DNA of 64,000 nt from Okamejei kenojei (GCA_035221665.1 CM069141.1:36766001-36830000), one strand, 5' to 3'. Positions 1-13,619 are shown, numbered from the stretch's first letter. Translations and numbers: made by a program. Notes: generated by a model not told the origin, from the sequence alone.

Positions 1-1921
1 CTGTAATTTAATAATAACATTATTTTTTTTCAATTGTTGAACAAACCATTGTTTAAAATAGCAATTTAACAAATAATTATTAATGGTTCTGTTTCATGTA
101 ATACACATTTTCTCAATAACTAAGGTACAATAAATGTTTATAAGAATGCAATATCAAATAATTGCTAGTGGCCTGTAACTCAAGACAAAAACATCTCAAT
201 AAAAGATTTACTCTAGATAAATGTTTTAAATCCAAATCGACACCTAAATCAAACACTTACTGATAGACACCTGAGAAAATTGGAACTATTGATTTATCCT
301 CGAACTATAGACAAAATAGGTTGAAATGCAATAGGGAAATGAATGACAAACCATTGTTAAATTATCCCTCTAACAAAGCTTTGAGGATCTAAACCTAAAG
401 GTCAGTAGCTAGCATGGAAACTTCTTATTGAAAAAAGTACCTGGCCTTGTTGTTAATTCATTACAACTAAAATGAATCGGCACCACCACATAAAGAATTA
501 ACCTTAAATAGGAATGTCCACATTGCCTTCTGCAAAATAAGATGTGGCCGCTGGAGTGCATTCAATTGAGTTATATTCTAAAAGTATTCTTGCAGTAGTT
601 GATGTATGAACTGTTCTTTGTTATAAATCAACTATGTTGACTTGCAGTTTACACATGTGGCCATTACAATTTTAACAATAAATAATCCAGTTCAACTTAT
701 TAGGACAAGAAATGGAAAATATAAAAATCACTACCTCTCTCACTGGAAACCACACTTGACAAGTATGCATAGGCAACTTAAGCAGGTGGGTGAAAAAAAT
801 ATCCATGGCAATGAGAAGACTGTTCATTTTCTTTCATGACTTTATAATGTTATTTATCCAACTGGACACCATCTTGGCCTGTCTCCAGCCTTGAAAACTT
901 GTCAGTATATATTAGTAAAGTGCAGAGATTTGAAAGTGGCAGAGAAAAAACAAACAAACAGTAGGATTAAACAAAGATTTGTTTAAAACTGTCAATAGAA
1001 ACTGGATACAATTTTATCTTATTCTCCAAAAAGAAACTCCAAGCAAAGTAAAGGATTATTTTCTAACAAAAGATAAGGATACAGAAAGAACTGTTCACGA
1101 GTAGTCATTCCATAAGCCCAAAAACCTATAAAAACGTGCTTCATATGAGCAGGCAGCATTTGATACATAGGATTAGACAATTATCCCCTAAGAATTAGGC
1201 TACTTTGATTCTTAAATTTATAATGACAGCAGTTCCATTCTTAAACATTTAGTAATGATTATGCTTACCCTCAGTGGAATTATCAAGAATCCTCAGGAAA
1301 CCCCTTTCACATAATTTTCATAGTTATATTGCAATGGTGGTATGCAATATCCAGATTAAAATCCATAAAATTTACACATGTTCCAAGTGCAGATGTTAGA
1401 GGTAGAAAATAAATAAAGATAATGCAGGAATAGGCAAAAACAGATGGATGAATCAGAAAAGCCTTCAGGGAATCATGGTGTTTAAAGGAATCAAAATGAC
1501 AAAGTCCAGCTGCCATCAAAACATAAATAAATTGAGCATTGAATCATATAAAAAAACTTCAGAATTGGCAAGGCTGATTATTTATTATGTAAGATTAACC
1601 AGCCACTGATTGGGGATACCCGATACCTGAATATGTGATACCCGGAACAGTCGTACAGTTCTGGGAATAAACACTACAAGAAACATGTAGACCCAAGAAA
1701 CTGCATTTGCTGATTTACAAAAAACAACACAAAGTGCTGGAGTAACTCAATGGTCAGGCAACTTCTTTGGAGAACATGGATAGATGATATTTTGGGTCGG
1801 GACCTTGCTTCAGACTCATGGCGGGGGGGAAGGGGGGGGTGGGGTGAGAAAGCTGGAAGAGAGGTGGGGGCTTTTAATTGGTAGATGGTTGGACAAAGGC
1901 CAGAGATGAAAAGACAGTCTA

Positions 1922-3291
1922 ACATCGGTAGTGGGGAAAATGCTAGTCAGTTATTAAAGATGGGATAGCAGCACGTTTGGAAAGTGGTGAAATCATTGGA
2001 AAAAGTCAGCATGGATTTATGAAAGGTAAATCATGTCTGACGAATCATATAGAATTTTTCGAGGATGTAACTAGTAGAGTGGATAAGGGAGAACCAGTGG
2101 ATGTGTTATATCTGGACTTTCAGAAGGCTTTCGACAAGGTCCCACATAAGAGATTAGTATGCAAACTTAAAGCACATGGTATTGGGGGTTCAGTATTGAT
2201 GTGGATAGAGAACTGGCTGGCAGACAGGAAGCAAAGGGTAGGAGTGAACGGGTCCTTTTCAGAATGGGAGGCAGTGACTAGTGTGGCACTGCAAGGCTCA
2301 GTGCTGGGACCCGAGCTATTTACAATATATATTAATGATCTGGATGGGGGAATTGAATGCAACATTTCCAGGTTTGCGGATGACACAAAGCTGGGGGGCA
2401 GTGTTAGCTGTGAGGAGGATGCTAGGAGTCTGCAAGATGACTTGGATAGGTTGGGTGAGTGGGCAAATGCATAGCAGATGTGGATAAATGTGAGGTTATC
2501 CACTTTGGTGGCAAAAACAAGAAAATAGACTATTATCTGAATGGTGGCCGATTAGGAAAAGGGGAGATGCAATGAGACCTGGGTGTCATGGTACACCAGT
2601 CATTGAAAGTAGTCATGCAGGTGCAGCAGGCAGTGAAGAAAGCGAATGGTATGTTAGCATTCATAGCAAAAATGATTTGAGTATAAGAGCAGGGAGGTTC
2701 TACTGCAGTTGTACAGGGTCTTGGTGAGGCCACACCTGGACTATTGCGTACAGTTTTGGTCTCCTAATCTGAGGAAAGACATTCTTGCCATAGAGGGAGT
2801 ACAGAAAAGGTTCACCAGACTGATTCCTGGAATGGCAGGACTTTCATATGTAGAAAGACTGGATAGACTCGGCTTGTACTCGCTAGAATTTAGAAGATTG
2901 AGGGGAGATCTTATAGAAACTTACAAAATTCTTAAGGGGTTGGACAGGCTAGATGCAGGAAGATTGTTCCCGATGTTGGGGAAGTCCTGAACAAGGGGTC
3001 ACAGTTTAAGGATAAGGGGGAAGTATTTTAGGACCAAGATGAGAAAAACATTTTTCATACAGAGAGTGGTGAATCTGTGGAATTCTCTGCCACAGGAGGT
3101 AGTTGAGGCCAGTTCATTGGCTATATTTAAGAGGGAGTTAGATGTGGCCCTTGTGGCTAAAGGGATCAGGGGGTATGGAGAGAAGGCAGGTACAGGATAC
3201 TGAGTTGGTTGATCAGCCATGATCATATTGAATGGCGGTGCAGGCTCGAAGGGCCGAATGGCCTACTCCTGAACCTATTTTCTATGTTTCT
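1922..3291 (+). mobile_element. CR1 (HER1-like) LINE, 5'-truncated, RT to 3' end
   Basis: ORFs 1977-2474 and 2709-2990 with [37 protein letters not shown]; 3' tail TTTCTATGTTTCTA; stops present. Confidence 0.95.
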
Positions 3292-3884
3292 AAAAGTGGT
3301 GAGATGAAGACAATATGTGTGAATTGTGAAGCTAGAGGAAGGAATATAGGTGGAAGGGGACAGCCAGAGAAAGGAATGTAGGTGGAAAGCAGGTTTGGAA
3401 AGTGAAGAGAAGGTAAACACAAGTAATTGGCACCATTCACAATCAGGGGGAGAGGAACGTGAACTATTATGAGATAGCAGAATGAGAAGGTATCAGAAAG
3501 CATTTAAAAACTGACATAGCGGTGAGTTTTTTTGAATATTTTGCCTAGAGCTGTTTAAGGGCAAAGTGGTCATATGTTCAAAACCAAATTGGTACTGTGA
3601 AGATAAACACAAATGCTTTCTTCAATTTTTAAATCATTTTTCAACTCATACCTGAAAATACAGTTAAAATACTCGAAAATAATACAAAACTGTATATTGA
3701 AAAACAGACATTTTTATAGGTTTGTTAGCATTTCCATCAGCACATAAGCCTGGCTAATGTCTCTCACTGACCTCAACTGGCCAAAATATGTTACTGCAAA
3801 TCTGAACAAAATAAGGTTAGTGAAAATGTTTTGAAAATATTCGTTTAGTTTTTAGTTTTGTGTTTAGGTTAGTTTCATTGTTGA

Positions 3885-5268
3885 GTGAGCAGCTGTGAGG
3901 AGGAGCAGCAGCACGGTAGATTTAAAAGGCAGCCATTAGCGTCCCAGAGTACGTGGTGTATAAAAGGAAGAGTGCTGCTAGTGGAGCGGTCTTTTGGAAG
4001 TAGCTGTGTTGGAAGAGGCTGATGGTTGAGGAGCAAGTGCTTTGATGAGAGTGAGAGTGAGAGATGAGGCTTTGGCGTGTGAGGCTTTGCAGGGTGAGAT
4101 TTTAGCAAGGAGGAATGGAAGGTGACAGCCAGATAAGGTAAGGTGTTCTTTTTGTTGTAACTCTTCATTGGACGGAGCAGTGGAGATGGTAGAATGTGGG
4201 AAGCCAGGGAGACGTCCCGTGTTCCCAAGGACTACATCTGTAGGATGTGCGTCCAGCTGTGGCTCCTGACTGACTGACCAAGTGAGGGAACTGGAGTTCC
4301 CTCTGGAAGCTGAATGAACTCAGGATCTTCCAGGAGTATGAGAGGGGCATACATAGGAGTTATACTGAGGTGCTGGCAGAAGGAAAATGGGTGACCACCA
4401 GGAAGGGTAATGAGATTCCCCGTGACCATTCCCTTCAAAAACAAGTCTACACTTTTGGATGCTGTGGTGGGGATTGCAGTGGCGGGAATGATCACTGCAG
4501 AGGAGAGCAGCAGTCAGGTCTGTGGCATTAGGTCTGGTTCTGAGGCACCAAGGCGAAGTCAGAAATGGATATAATGAGAAGAAACTCATTAGTTAGAGAG
4601 ACAGACAGTTGTTTCTTTGACAGCAAACATGACTCACGGATGGTTTAACATGATTAGTTTAGAGATACAGCATGGAAACAGGCCCACCCAGTCCATACTG
4701 ACCGGTGGTCACCCAAGGCTAGTTCTATCCTATCACTGTGGACAATTTGCAGAAGCCAATTAATCTACAAACGTGCACGTCTTTGGAATGTGGGAGGAAA
4801 CCAGAGCACCCAGAGAAAACCCACGTGGTTACAGGAAGAACGTACAAACTCCATACTGACAGCACTCCTAGTTATGATCGAACCTGGGTCTCTGTAAGGC
4901 AGCAACTCTACTGCTGTGCCAGTGTGTTACCCAGGTTCATCGGTCCAGGATGCCTTGGAGACCATTCTCATGGGGGAGAGAAGCCCGATGTTATTGTGCA
5001 CATGGGTAAGAAAAAGGATGAGGTACTGCAACGCGAATACAATTCAGTAGGACGTTAAATAGCAGGACCTTGAGGGTAGTGATCCTCGGATTAGTACCGG
5101 TGCCATGTGCTAGTAAAGGTAAGAATTTAAGATGAACGCAAGGCTGAGGAGCTGGTGCATGGGGCAGGGATTCACGTTTTTTGATCATTGGCAACTCTGG
5201 AGCACAGGCGGTGTGCACAAGAGGGAAGAATTGTACCTGAATTGGAGGGGAATCAGCATCCTGGCGAG
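3885..5268 (+). mobile_element. Degenerate CR1 5' UTR + ORF1 (zinc finger/SGNH esterase), interrupted by a SINE
   Basis: Decayed WEARET..DYICRMCVQL zinc-finger segment at about 4190-4270; EKPDVIVHMG and MNARLRSWCMGQGFTFFDHW resemble ORF1 of the copy at 45473. Confidence 0.8.
4654..4932 (-). mobile_element. HE1-like tRNA-derived SINE
   Basis: Reverse strand has the GGTTCGA B-box, the GGGTGCTCTGGTTTCCTCCCACA core and a CTAAACTAA tail. Confidence 0.85.
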
Positions 5269-5269
5269 A

Positions 5270-6780
5270 TGTGGAGAGAGAGGGGGTGAGAGAGGAGGGA
5301 GAGAGGTGGGGAGGGGGAGGAAGAGGGGAAGAGTGGGGAGTGAGGTGGAGAGGGGTAGCAGGAAGTGGTGCAAGAGAGAGGGAAAGGGGGTGGGGGGGAG
5401 ATGGGGGTGAAGAGGGGTGGGGGAGAGGGGGTGGGAGGGGAGTGGGGTGAGGAGAGAGGGAGATGAAGAGGGGGGAAGGGGGAGGAGGAGAGGCGGGTGG
5501 GGAGGGTGTGAGAGGGTTCAGGGGAGGGGTGAGAGGGAGGGAGGGGTGAGGACGAGGGAGGGAGGAGGGGAAGTGGATGGAGGGGAAGAGTGGAGGGTGG
5601 GGGAGAGGGGTAGGGGAGAGAGAGGGAAGAGTGTGGAGGGAGGGAGAGAGTGGTAGGGGGAGGGGAAGAGTGGGGGAGGGAGGGGGAGAGCAGAGAGAGG
5701 GGGGAGGGGAGGGAAAGGGAGGGAGGAGAGAGGGGGTGGTGGAGGAGAGATGGGGAGAGGTGAGGGATGGGAAGAGAAGTGTAAGTGGGGAGGGAGGGGG
5801 AGAGATGTAGGGGGGAGTGTGGGAGAGGGGGAGGGGGAGGGGGGTTGTGCTGGAAGAGGGTGAGTGGGGTGGAGAGGGGTAGGGGATGGTGGGAGGGGAG
5901 GGGGAGAGAGAGGGTGAGGGGTGGGAGGGAGAGAGAGAGGTTGGGAGAGAGGTGGGGTGGGAGAGGTGGAAGAGTGGGGAGGGAGGGGAGAGGGGTAGGG
6001 GAGTGGTGGAAAGTGGGGAGAGTTGATGGAGGGGAGAGGGCGTAGGGGGAGTGGTGGAAGAGGGAGAGGGGGGGGGGTAGCGAAAAAAAAGGGGTGGGGG
6101 AGAGAGGGGAGGGAGGGAGAGAGAGGGGTGGGGGGAGGAGAGGGGTGGGGGAGGGAAGGGGTAGAGAAGAGAAGAGTGGGGAGGGAGAGGGAGAGGTGTA
6201 GGGGAGTGGTGGAAGAGGGGACAGAGGGTAGGGGGAGTGGTGGAGGACAGAGGGGTAGGGGGAAAGGGGGCGGGGGAGAGAGGGAGAGAGAGAAGGGGGC
6301 GGGGGGTTAGAGGGCAGGGCAGTGGGGGAGAGAGGGATGGGGTGGGGGGAGGAGGGAGGGGAGGAGGAGGGGAGGAGAGGGAGAGGGGGTGAGGAGAGGG
6401 AGATGGAGGGGGAGGAGAGGGGGTGGGGGAGGAGAGAGGTGTGGGGGAGGGGGAGGGAGAGATTGGGTAGGGGAGAAAGGGGGAAGAGTGGGGAGGGGGA
6501 GGGGAAGGTGGAGAGAGGGAAGGGGGGTGGGGAGAGGGAAGGGGGAGTGGGGAGATGGGGGTGGGAGGAGGAGGAGGAGAATGGAGAGGGGAGGAGTGGG
6601 GAGGAGAGAGGGATGGGGAAGGGGGAGAGAGGTGGGTGGGGGTGGGATGGGGAGGGAGGGGAGGAGGGAGATGGGATAGGGGAGGGAGGGGGAAGAGTGT
6701 GGGAGGGAGAGGGAGAGGGGTGGGGGAGAGAGGGGAAAGAGTGGGGAGGTAGAGTGGGATGGCGAGAGGGAGGGGTAGGG
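5270..6780. repeat. About 1.5-kb polypurine (G/A-rich) low-complexity tract
   Basis: Almost exclusively G/A with GGG runs; the Pro/Gly-rich ORFs here are compositional by-products. Confidence 0.95.
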
Positions 6781-7276
6781 GCAGTCCATCTATTTCCCAC
6801 TCCCTATCACCCCCAATCCTCTTTCTCTGTTCCCACACACGTGATCATGAGCATCGACACAGGCTGCGGGGGGGGGGGGGGGGGGGGGGGGGAGCTGGGG
6901 CTGGAACAAAGGCAGATGTAAATGAGATCCATTCCGATTGGACATCTGTGAACATTGGGCATTGTGACATCACATGATGGAACGTTCACCAACATTTTGT
7001 GGGTGAGAGCAGTTTGATTTTTTTAACATTTTGAAATATTGGGGGGGGGGGGGGCGTGAAGGATTTTATTAAAAATGTGTACGTAAAAATGTCTAAATGT
7101 AATGAGGAGTGCATTAGTGAATGTAAAAGTGTAATGTCTAGCAAAATGGAAAAAATGGCGGCGTTTGAGCATCTGGTTTCGGCGGACCATGGAATCAAAG
7201 GCCAAAAGTCTTATCTGAAAAAAAAATGGAATGTGACATTATTCACAAGACACACACACGGAGTTTTAAAAGTATA
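5270..7276 (-). mobile_element. Non-autonomous Helitron-like unit A (3' end lost; long GA/CT-rich internal tract)
   Basis: Minus-strand start TATACTTTTAAAACTCCGTGTGTG resembles the 5' ends at 36302 and 40685; 7040-7200 is homologous to 7800-7950. Confidence 0.55.
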
Positions 7277-7995
7277 CTAGGCCAGAGTGCCAGTCCCCGA
7301 ACGTGCTTCAGTACGCGAGTACGGGGGGAGGAGGGGAGGGAGGGGCAGAGGGAAGGGGGGGGGGAGGGAGGGGGGGAGGAGGGGGGGGGGAGGAGGAGGG
7401 GGGTAGGGAGGGGGGGATTGTTAGCGAACTGAACTTACTGTGGAATTAATCCATTAACGGAGCGACTCTCCTGGTGGATTGGAAGTTGTCCCTGCCTTCC
7501 CTCTGGCTGAAGGCAAAAATCGGCTGTTCCCCCGCTGTATTTCGGAGCACGGCGAAAAGCAGCGGTGGAAGAAGCGAGCTTTGTCTTGAGCAAGCGTGAT
7601 AGAGCCGAGCCAAAGCCTGGGGGGGGGGGGGGGAGGGGGGGGGGGGGGGGCGGGGGGAGGAAGTGAAATGGGGAGCCGAATCAGCAGGGGAATCGGCCGT
7701 GGGGAAACAAAAGGCGGCGTTTTTGGAGGAGAGCGGGCTGCAGCAGCTGCCGTTATGGTGCCTGCCCAGCAAGAGGCCTCAAAATGACTGAGTGTGTGGG
7801 GGGGGGGGGGGGGGGGAAGTGAAGGATTTTATTTTAAAAAAGTGTACATAAAAATGTCTAAATGTAATGAGGAGTGAATCCGTGAATGTAAAAGTGGAAT
7901 ATGTCTCGGGGTCTGAAAGTGTGGTTTTGGCGAACCATGGAATCAAATGGGGAAAATTCAGTGGCACCCACAATGCCAGCACACACACACACACT
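7277..7995 (-). mobile_element. Non-autonomous Helitron-like unit B, joined head-to-tail to unit A
   Basis: Minus-strand 3' end ...GGCACTCTGGCCTAG abuts the unit A 5' end; shares the subterminal block and (CA)n with unit A. Confidence 0.55.
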
Positions 7996-10900
7996 GCGGG
8001 ACAAATTTCAGCGCTGGAGTAAAATAAAAATCCACTTCTAATGCCGTCAATGCCGACAACGGGACGGATCTCCCGTACGGGACAAATAAAGGTAAGCCGT
8101 TTATTTTACATATAAACTTGCTTCTTAGGATTACCTTAATCCAAATGTTACTCCCGTTGCGAAAAGGTGATTTAGGCCCCATACGAACCGGCAGTGTTTT
8201 TCCTGACGATATGGGGTTTAAATTCACCGCACACCGCAAAGTTCCAATCCATCGCGTTCCACAAATCCCACTCGCAAGATGATTTAATTAGAAACATAGA
8301 AGCATAGAAATTAGGTGCAGGAGCAGGCCATTCGGCCCATCGAGCCTGCACCGCCATTCAATATGATCATGGCTGATCATCCAACTCAGTATCCTGTACC
8401 TGCTTTCTCTCCATACCCCCTGATCCCTTCAGCCACAAGGGCCACATCTAACTCCCTCTTAAATATGGCCAACGAACTGGCCTCAATTACCTTCTGTGGC
8501 AGAGAATTCCACAGATTCACCACTCTCTGTGTGAAAAACGATTTTCTCATTTGGCTCCTAAAAGACTTTCCCTTATCCTTAAACAGTGACCCCTTGTCCT
8601 GGACTTCCCCAACATCGGGAACAATCTTCCTGCATCTAGCCTGTCCAACCCTTTAAGAATTGTGTAAGTCTCTATGAGATCACCCCTCAATCTTCTAAAT
8701 TCCAGCGAGTACAAGCCAAGTCTATCCAGTCTTTCTTCATATGGAAGTCGTGCCATCCAGGAATCAGTCTGTGAACCTTCTCTGTACTCCCTCTATGGCA
8801 AGAATGTGCCCTCACCAAGACCCTGTACAACTGCAATAGAACCTCCCTGCTCTTGTACTCATCCTTTTGCTATGAATGCCAACATACCATTCGCTTTCTT
8901 CACAGCCTGCTGCACCTGCATGCTACTTTCAATGACTGGTGTACCATGACACCATGGTCTCGCTGCATCTCCCCGTTTTCCTAACCGGTCACCATTCAAA
9001 TAATATTGTGTACCTTCCTGTTTTTGCCACCAAAGTGAATAACCTCACATTATCCACATTATACTGCATCTGCCATGCATTTGCCCACTCACCCAGTCTA
9101 TCCAAGTCATCCTGCAGCCTCCTAGCATCCTCCTCACAGCTAACACTGCCTCCCAGCTTCGTGTCATCCGCAAACTTCGAGATGTTGCATTTAATTCCCT
9201 CGTCCAAATCATTAATGTAAATTGTAAATAGCTGGGGTCCCAGCACTGAGCCTTGCGGCACCCCACTAGTCACTGTCTGCCATCCTGAAAAGGACCCGTT
9301 CACTCCTACTCTTTGCTTCCTGTCTGCCAGCCAGTTCTCTATCCACATCAATACTGAACCACCAATACCGTGTGCTTTAAGTTTGTATACCAATCTCTTG
9401 TGTGGGACCTTGTCCAGATACAACACATCCACTGCTGCCGATGTTAGACTAACTGGTCTGTAATTCCCCGTTTTCTCTCTCCCTCCCTTTTTAAAAAGTG
9501 GGGTTACATTAGCTACCCTCCAATCCTCAGGAACTACTCCAGAATCTAAAGAGTTTTGAAAAATTATCACTAAGGCATTTGCTATTTCTGGGGCTACTTC
9601 CTTAAGTATCCTGGGACGCAGCCTATCTGGCCCTGGGGATTTATCGGCCTTTAATCCATTCAATTTACCCAACACCACTTTCCGGCTAACCTGGATTTCA
9701 CTCATTTCCTCCATCTCATTTAACCCGCAATCCCCTGCTATTTCCGGCAAATTATTTATGTCTTCCTTAGTGAAGACAGAACCAAAGTAGTTATTCAATT
9801 GGTCTGCCATGTCCTTGTTCCCATGATCAATTCACCCGATTCTGCCTGCAAGGGACCTACATTTGTTTTAACTAATCTTTTGCGCTTCACATATTGATAA
9901 AAACTTTTGCAGTCAGTTTTTATGATTCCTGCCAGTTTTCTTTCATACTCCATTTTCCCTTTTCTAATTAAGCCCTTTGTCCTCCTCTGTTGGTCTCTGA
10001 ATTTATCCCAGTCCCCGGTAGGCTGCTTTTTCTGGCTAATTTGTACGCTTCCATCTTTTTCTTTGATACTATCCCTGATTTCCCTCATTATCCACGGATA
10101 CGCCACCTTCCCTGATTTATTCTTTTGCCATACTGGGATGAACAATTGTTGTAGTTCATCCATGCAGTCTTTAAATGCCTTCCATTGCATATCCACCGTC
10201 AACCCTTCAAGAATCAATTGCCAGTCCATCTTGGCCAATTCATGTCTCATACCCTCAAAGTTACCTTTCTTTAAGTTCAGGACACGTGTTTCTGAATTAA
10301 CAATGTCACTCTCCATCCTAATGAAGAACTCAACCATATTATGGTCAACATCTTGCCCAAGGGGCCACGTACAACAAGGCTGCTAACTAACCCTTCCTCA
10401 TTACTCAATATCCAGTCTAGAATAGCCTGCTCCTCTCGTTGGGTTCCTCCACATGATGGTTTAGAAAACTATCCCCGCATACATTCCAAGAAATCCTCTT
10501 CCTCAGCACCCTGCCAATTTGATTCACCCAAAATCTATATGTAGATTGAAGTCACCCATTATAACGGTTTTACCTTCGTTGCACGCATTTCTAATTTTCC
10601 TGTTTGATGCCATCCCCAACTCCACTACTACTGTTAGGTGGCTGTACACAACACCCACTAGCGTTTTCTGCCCTTGGTGTTTCGCAGCTCCAACCCATAT
10701 CGATTCCACATCCTCCAACGCTAATGGTCATTCCTTTCTATTGCATTAATCTCCTCTCTAACCAGCAACGCTACCCCCACCTCCTTTTCCTCTCTGTCTT
10801 ATCCTTCCTGAATATTGAATATCCCTGGATGTTCAGCTCCCAGCCTTGGTCACCCTGGAGCCATGTCTCCGTTATCCCAACTATATCATAATTATTAATA

Positions 10901-11670
10901 GCTATCTGCACATTCAACTCATCCACCTTATTACGAATGCTCCTCGCATTGAGACACAAAGCATTTCAGGCTTGTTTTTACAACACTCTTGGCCCTTTTA
11001 CAATTATGTTGAAAAGTGGCCCTTTTAGATTTTTGCCCTGGATTTGTTTTCCTGCCACTTTTCACCTCGCTACCTATTGCTCCTATCCTCATTTTACACC
11101 CATCTGTCTCTCCGCTCACTAATTGGCCATTAATTTACAGGAATTAAACACTAAATTCCTTCCATTTGGCCTATAAATTCATGACATTGAGATTTAAAAA
11201 TCATGTTATATTGTGAATTCTTGTGTGAATGTTATTTGGACACTTAGGCAATTTAAAAATGTTAATCTTTACTTAAGAAATGGATAGATGTTTAGATCTA
11301 GTAATTGAATTTTGTAATTAGCTACAATCAGGTAACTAACTAATTATATGCTTTAATTTCAGGTCATCCAAGTAAGATTGCTTCATATTTGCTTCAGAAT
11401 GCTTCAAACTATATTTCAGTTCTCTTAATTTTTAAGAAAGTTATCAGCTTTTGACTGTCCTTGATCACAGCTTTTGTGTTAAGTCAATGGAAAAGCAATA
11501 GGGAACAAGATGCTAATTCCCAAGTATGAAAATGGCCCCATACCTTTTTAAATACTTTTTAAAAGATATGAAAGTGAATTAGGTGTCAAATTAAACTTCT
11601 TTTTATGCTTTATCTGATGGGATAAATTGCAGACTTGATTTTTTAAATATCAACAGTTTGTAACATTGCT
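7996..11670. mobile_element. Unclassified DNA-transposon-like repeat split by a CR1 insertion
   Basis: Segments 7996-8289 and 11120-11670 join across the duplicated TAATT; abrupt end ...TTTGTAACATTGCT. Family not assigned. Confidence 0.45.
8290..11119 (-). mobile_element. CR1 LINE ORF2 (APE endonuclease + RT), 5'-truncated, internally deleted
   Basis: CLNARSIRNK..VGITETWL, MGDFN, RT motifs [15 protein letters not shown]; (TTTCTATG)-type tail at 8290; candidate TSD TAATT at 8285-8289 and 11120-11124. Confidence 0.95.
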
Positions 11671-11698
11671 AGTATATGATGATATGATGACATTGCTG

Positions 11699-11921
11699 TG
11701 CCCCAAACATTATGGTGCCCTGAAGTGGGGGTACTATGTATAAACACTGCTGTAATTTCTACATGGTGAAACCAAAATGTCTAAAAATGGCCTTTATTAA
11801 AATCTGATAATGTGCACTTTAACCACAAGTGATTTTTTTTTCTATTACAAATCTCAAATTGTTGAGTATAGAGGCAAATAAATGATGGGTCTTTGTCCCA
11901 AACATTATGGAGGGCACTTGT
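11699..11921 (+). mobile_element. Tc1/mariner-like terminal IR/DR remnant
   Basis: Direct repeat CCCAAACATTATGG at both ends of about 220 bp, ending GAGGGCAC(T)TGTA, typical of a Tc1 IR/DR end next to TA. Confidence 0.65.
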
Positions 11922-12169
11922 AAGGGATCTTCGATCATGAGAGAAACTGCGCCTTGAAACTGAGTCAGGAAAAAGGAGGCATGAGCCAGGAAAAATGAGG
12001 CATGGGCCAGGTATGATCAGCTGGGATAAAGTGTATCCCAGGCCTGGAAGAGTTAAAGGGATTGAGGAGCCTACTAAAAAAGAAAAGCAAGAGAGCAAAA
12101 TGAGGGCAAGAGACAGCTCTGGGAGTTAAGATTAAAGATCATCCAAAATGTGTGCTTTTAGTTTGATGT

Positions 12170-12742
12170 AAAATTTATGCTTTAGCTTATCTTTAGTTTT
12201 TGTATTTGTGGGGGGTGGTGGAAACTTTTTTTAAATCTCTTTCCCCGACGGAGATGCGACCTTTTCCGTGTCGTATCTCCATCTGCACTGCGGCCAAACA
12301 TCGTGCAGTTGGTGGCCTCGTTTGGGACTTCAAGAGCTACAAAACCGTGGAGCCTGCGGATTTTAACATCTCCGAGCAGGCGATCCCTTTGGCAGGGGTT
12401 GGCCTTTGGTGCTCCAGCCTGCGGGAGCTGCAGACTTTAACATTGTTAAGCTCGCGGTCCCTGGTTAGGGACCGATTTCAGTAACTTCAAGCCGCAGGAA
12501 TTTTCGACTGCCCCGATGCGGGAGCTTATACCGCCCCAACGTGGGAGCTCGATCACCGGCTGCAGATGGTTCGACTTTATTGCCTTCCATCACAGTGGGG
12601 AAGGTGGAGAGTCGCTGTGGTGGATGTTTTATAACAATTTTTTATGTAGTTGTGTGCCTTGTTTTTTTAGTATGACAGTGGCAAACTGAATTCCTCTCAT
12701 GTTGCAAAATACTTGCCTAATAAATTACAATTATGATTATGA
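12170..12742 (+). mobile_element. Unclassified non-LTR retroposon 3' portion
   Basis: CpG-rich body with internal short repeats, ending AATAAA then an (ATTATG)n tail. Confidence 0.5.
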
Positions 12743-12768
12743 AAATGATTTTACATATATTTGTAAAT

Positions 12769-13619
12769 TGTTCTAAGCTTCCCCCGTCTAGTTTCAGTCA
12801 AAAACCACTGAATCAAACACTTGCGCGACTAATCTTTATTTTGACAAAACACAATTACAATTCAATTACTATACCTAACCACTGCGGGTTCAATCCTCAT
12901 ATCTGTCTGATCAAGCCCTCTAGGCCTCGCTCAAACAGAGACACTCCAGAAGGTCACACAGTCCCAAGCGTTCTCCCAGAAGATCGACACAGGACCTGAT
13001 GGCAGCGGACCTTTATAGGTCCCCGGACCTCGAGGGGCCAAACCACATGGGGGTGGTCTCTTTACAATCCAATTACAGATATCGATTAACCCCATAATTA
13101 ACAGACATTTCCCTAATCCAATATTACATCGTATTCAAACAGTGTTTCTCAGAGGAAGCAAACAACGCAACACGTACCCTGATATGCAAGAAAACCAGAC
13201 AAGGCTCAATACCTCATCCAATCAACATTCAGTAAAGTAAAGCTTTGCAACATTATTTACAAAGTGTATGTCTGGTTTGCAGTCATCCAATCCATTCTAT
13301 GCATTGTGCATCTAATTGACTGGGTCTGCAGAAGTTCCCATTCCCCTCCTGCAGCTTGGATCTAGGCTCTAGACAAACTGGCACCACTGCAGCTTGTCCC
13401 AGTTCCACAGAGAGCACTTTCAAATTGACCAAATATCCCAGCAGCCCTGAAGCCTTTACCCAGTTTTAGAGTCCTAGTCTCTCCAATCTGGCCAGGATTG
13501 ACATATTCACGAAGAAAGTGGAACTGAGAGACAATAGGGCACCTCAGAAACCAAGTCATTTATGTCTCGAGCTGCTGGAGATGGGCTAGGTCTTCAATTA
13601 ACATTCCTCCTCCGTTTTT
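12769..13619 (-). mobile_element. ERV/LTR-retrotransposon LTR with adjacent polypurine tract
   Basis: Minus strand: PPT AAAAACGGAGGAGGAA (13619-13604) directly before TG at 13603; TATAAA at about 13017; AATAAA at 12840-12835; ends ...AGAACA at 12769. Confidence 0.65.

Noticed and set aside
4991-6921. Long Pro-rich and Gly/Arg/Glu-rich ORFs (615 aa, 515 aa and others)
   Set aside because: They arise from a low-complexity polypurine tract with few stop codons; no domain or splice structure.
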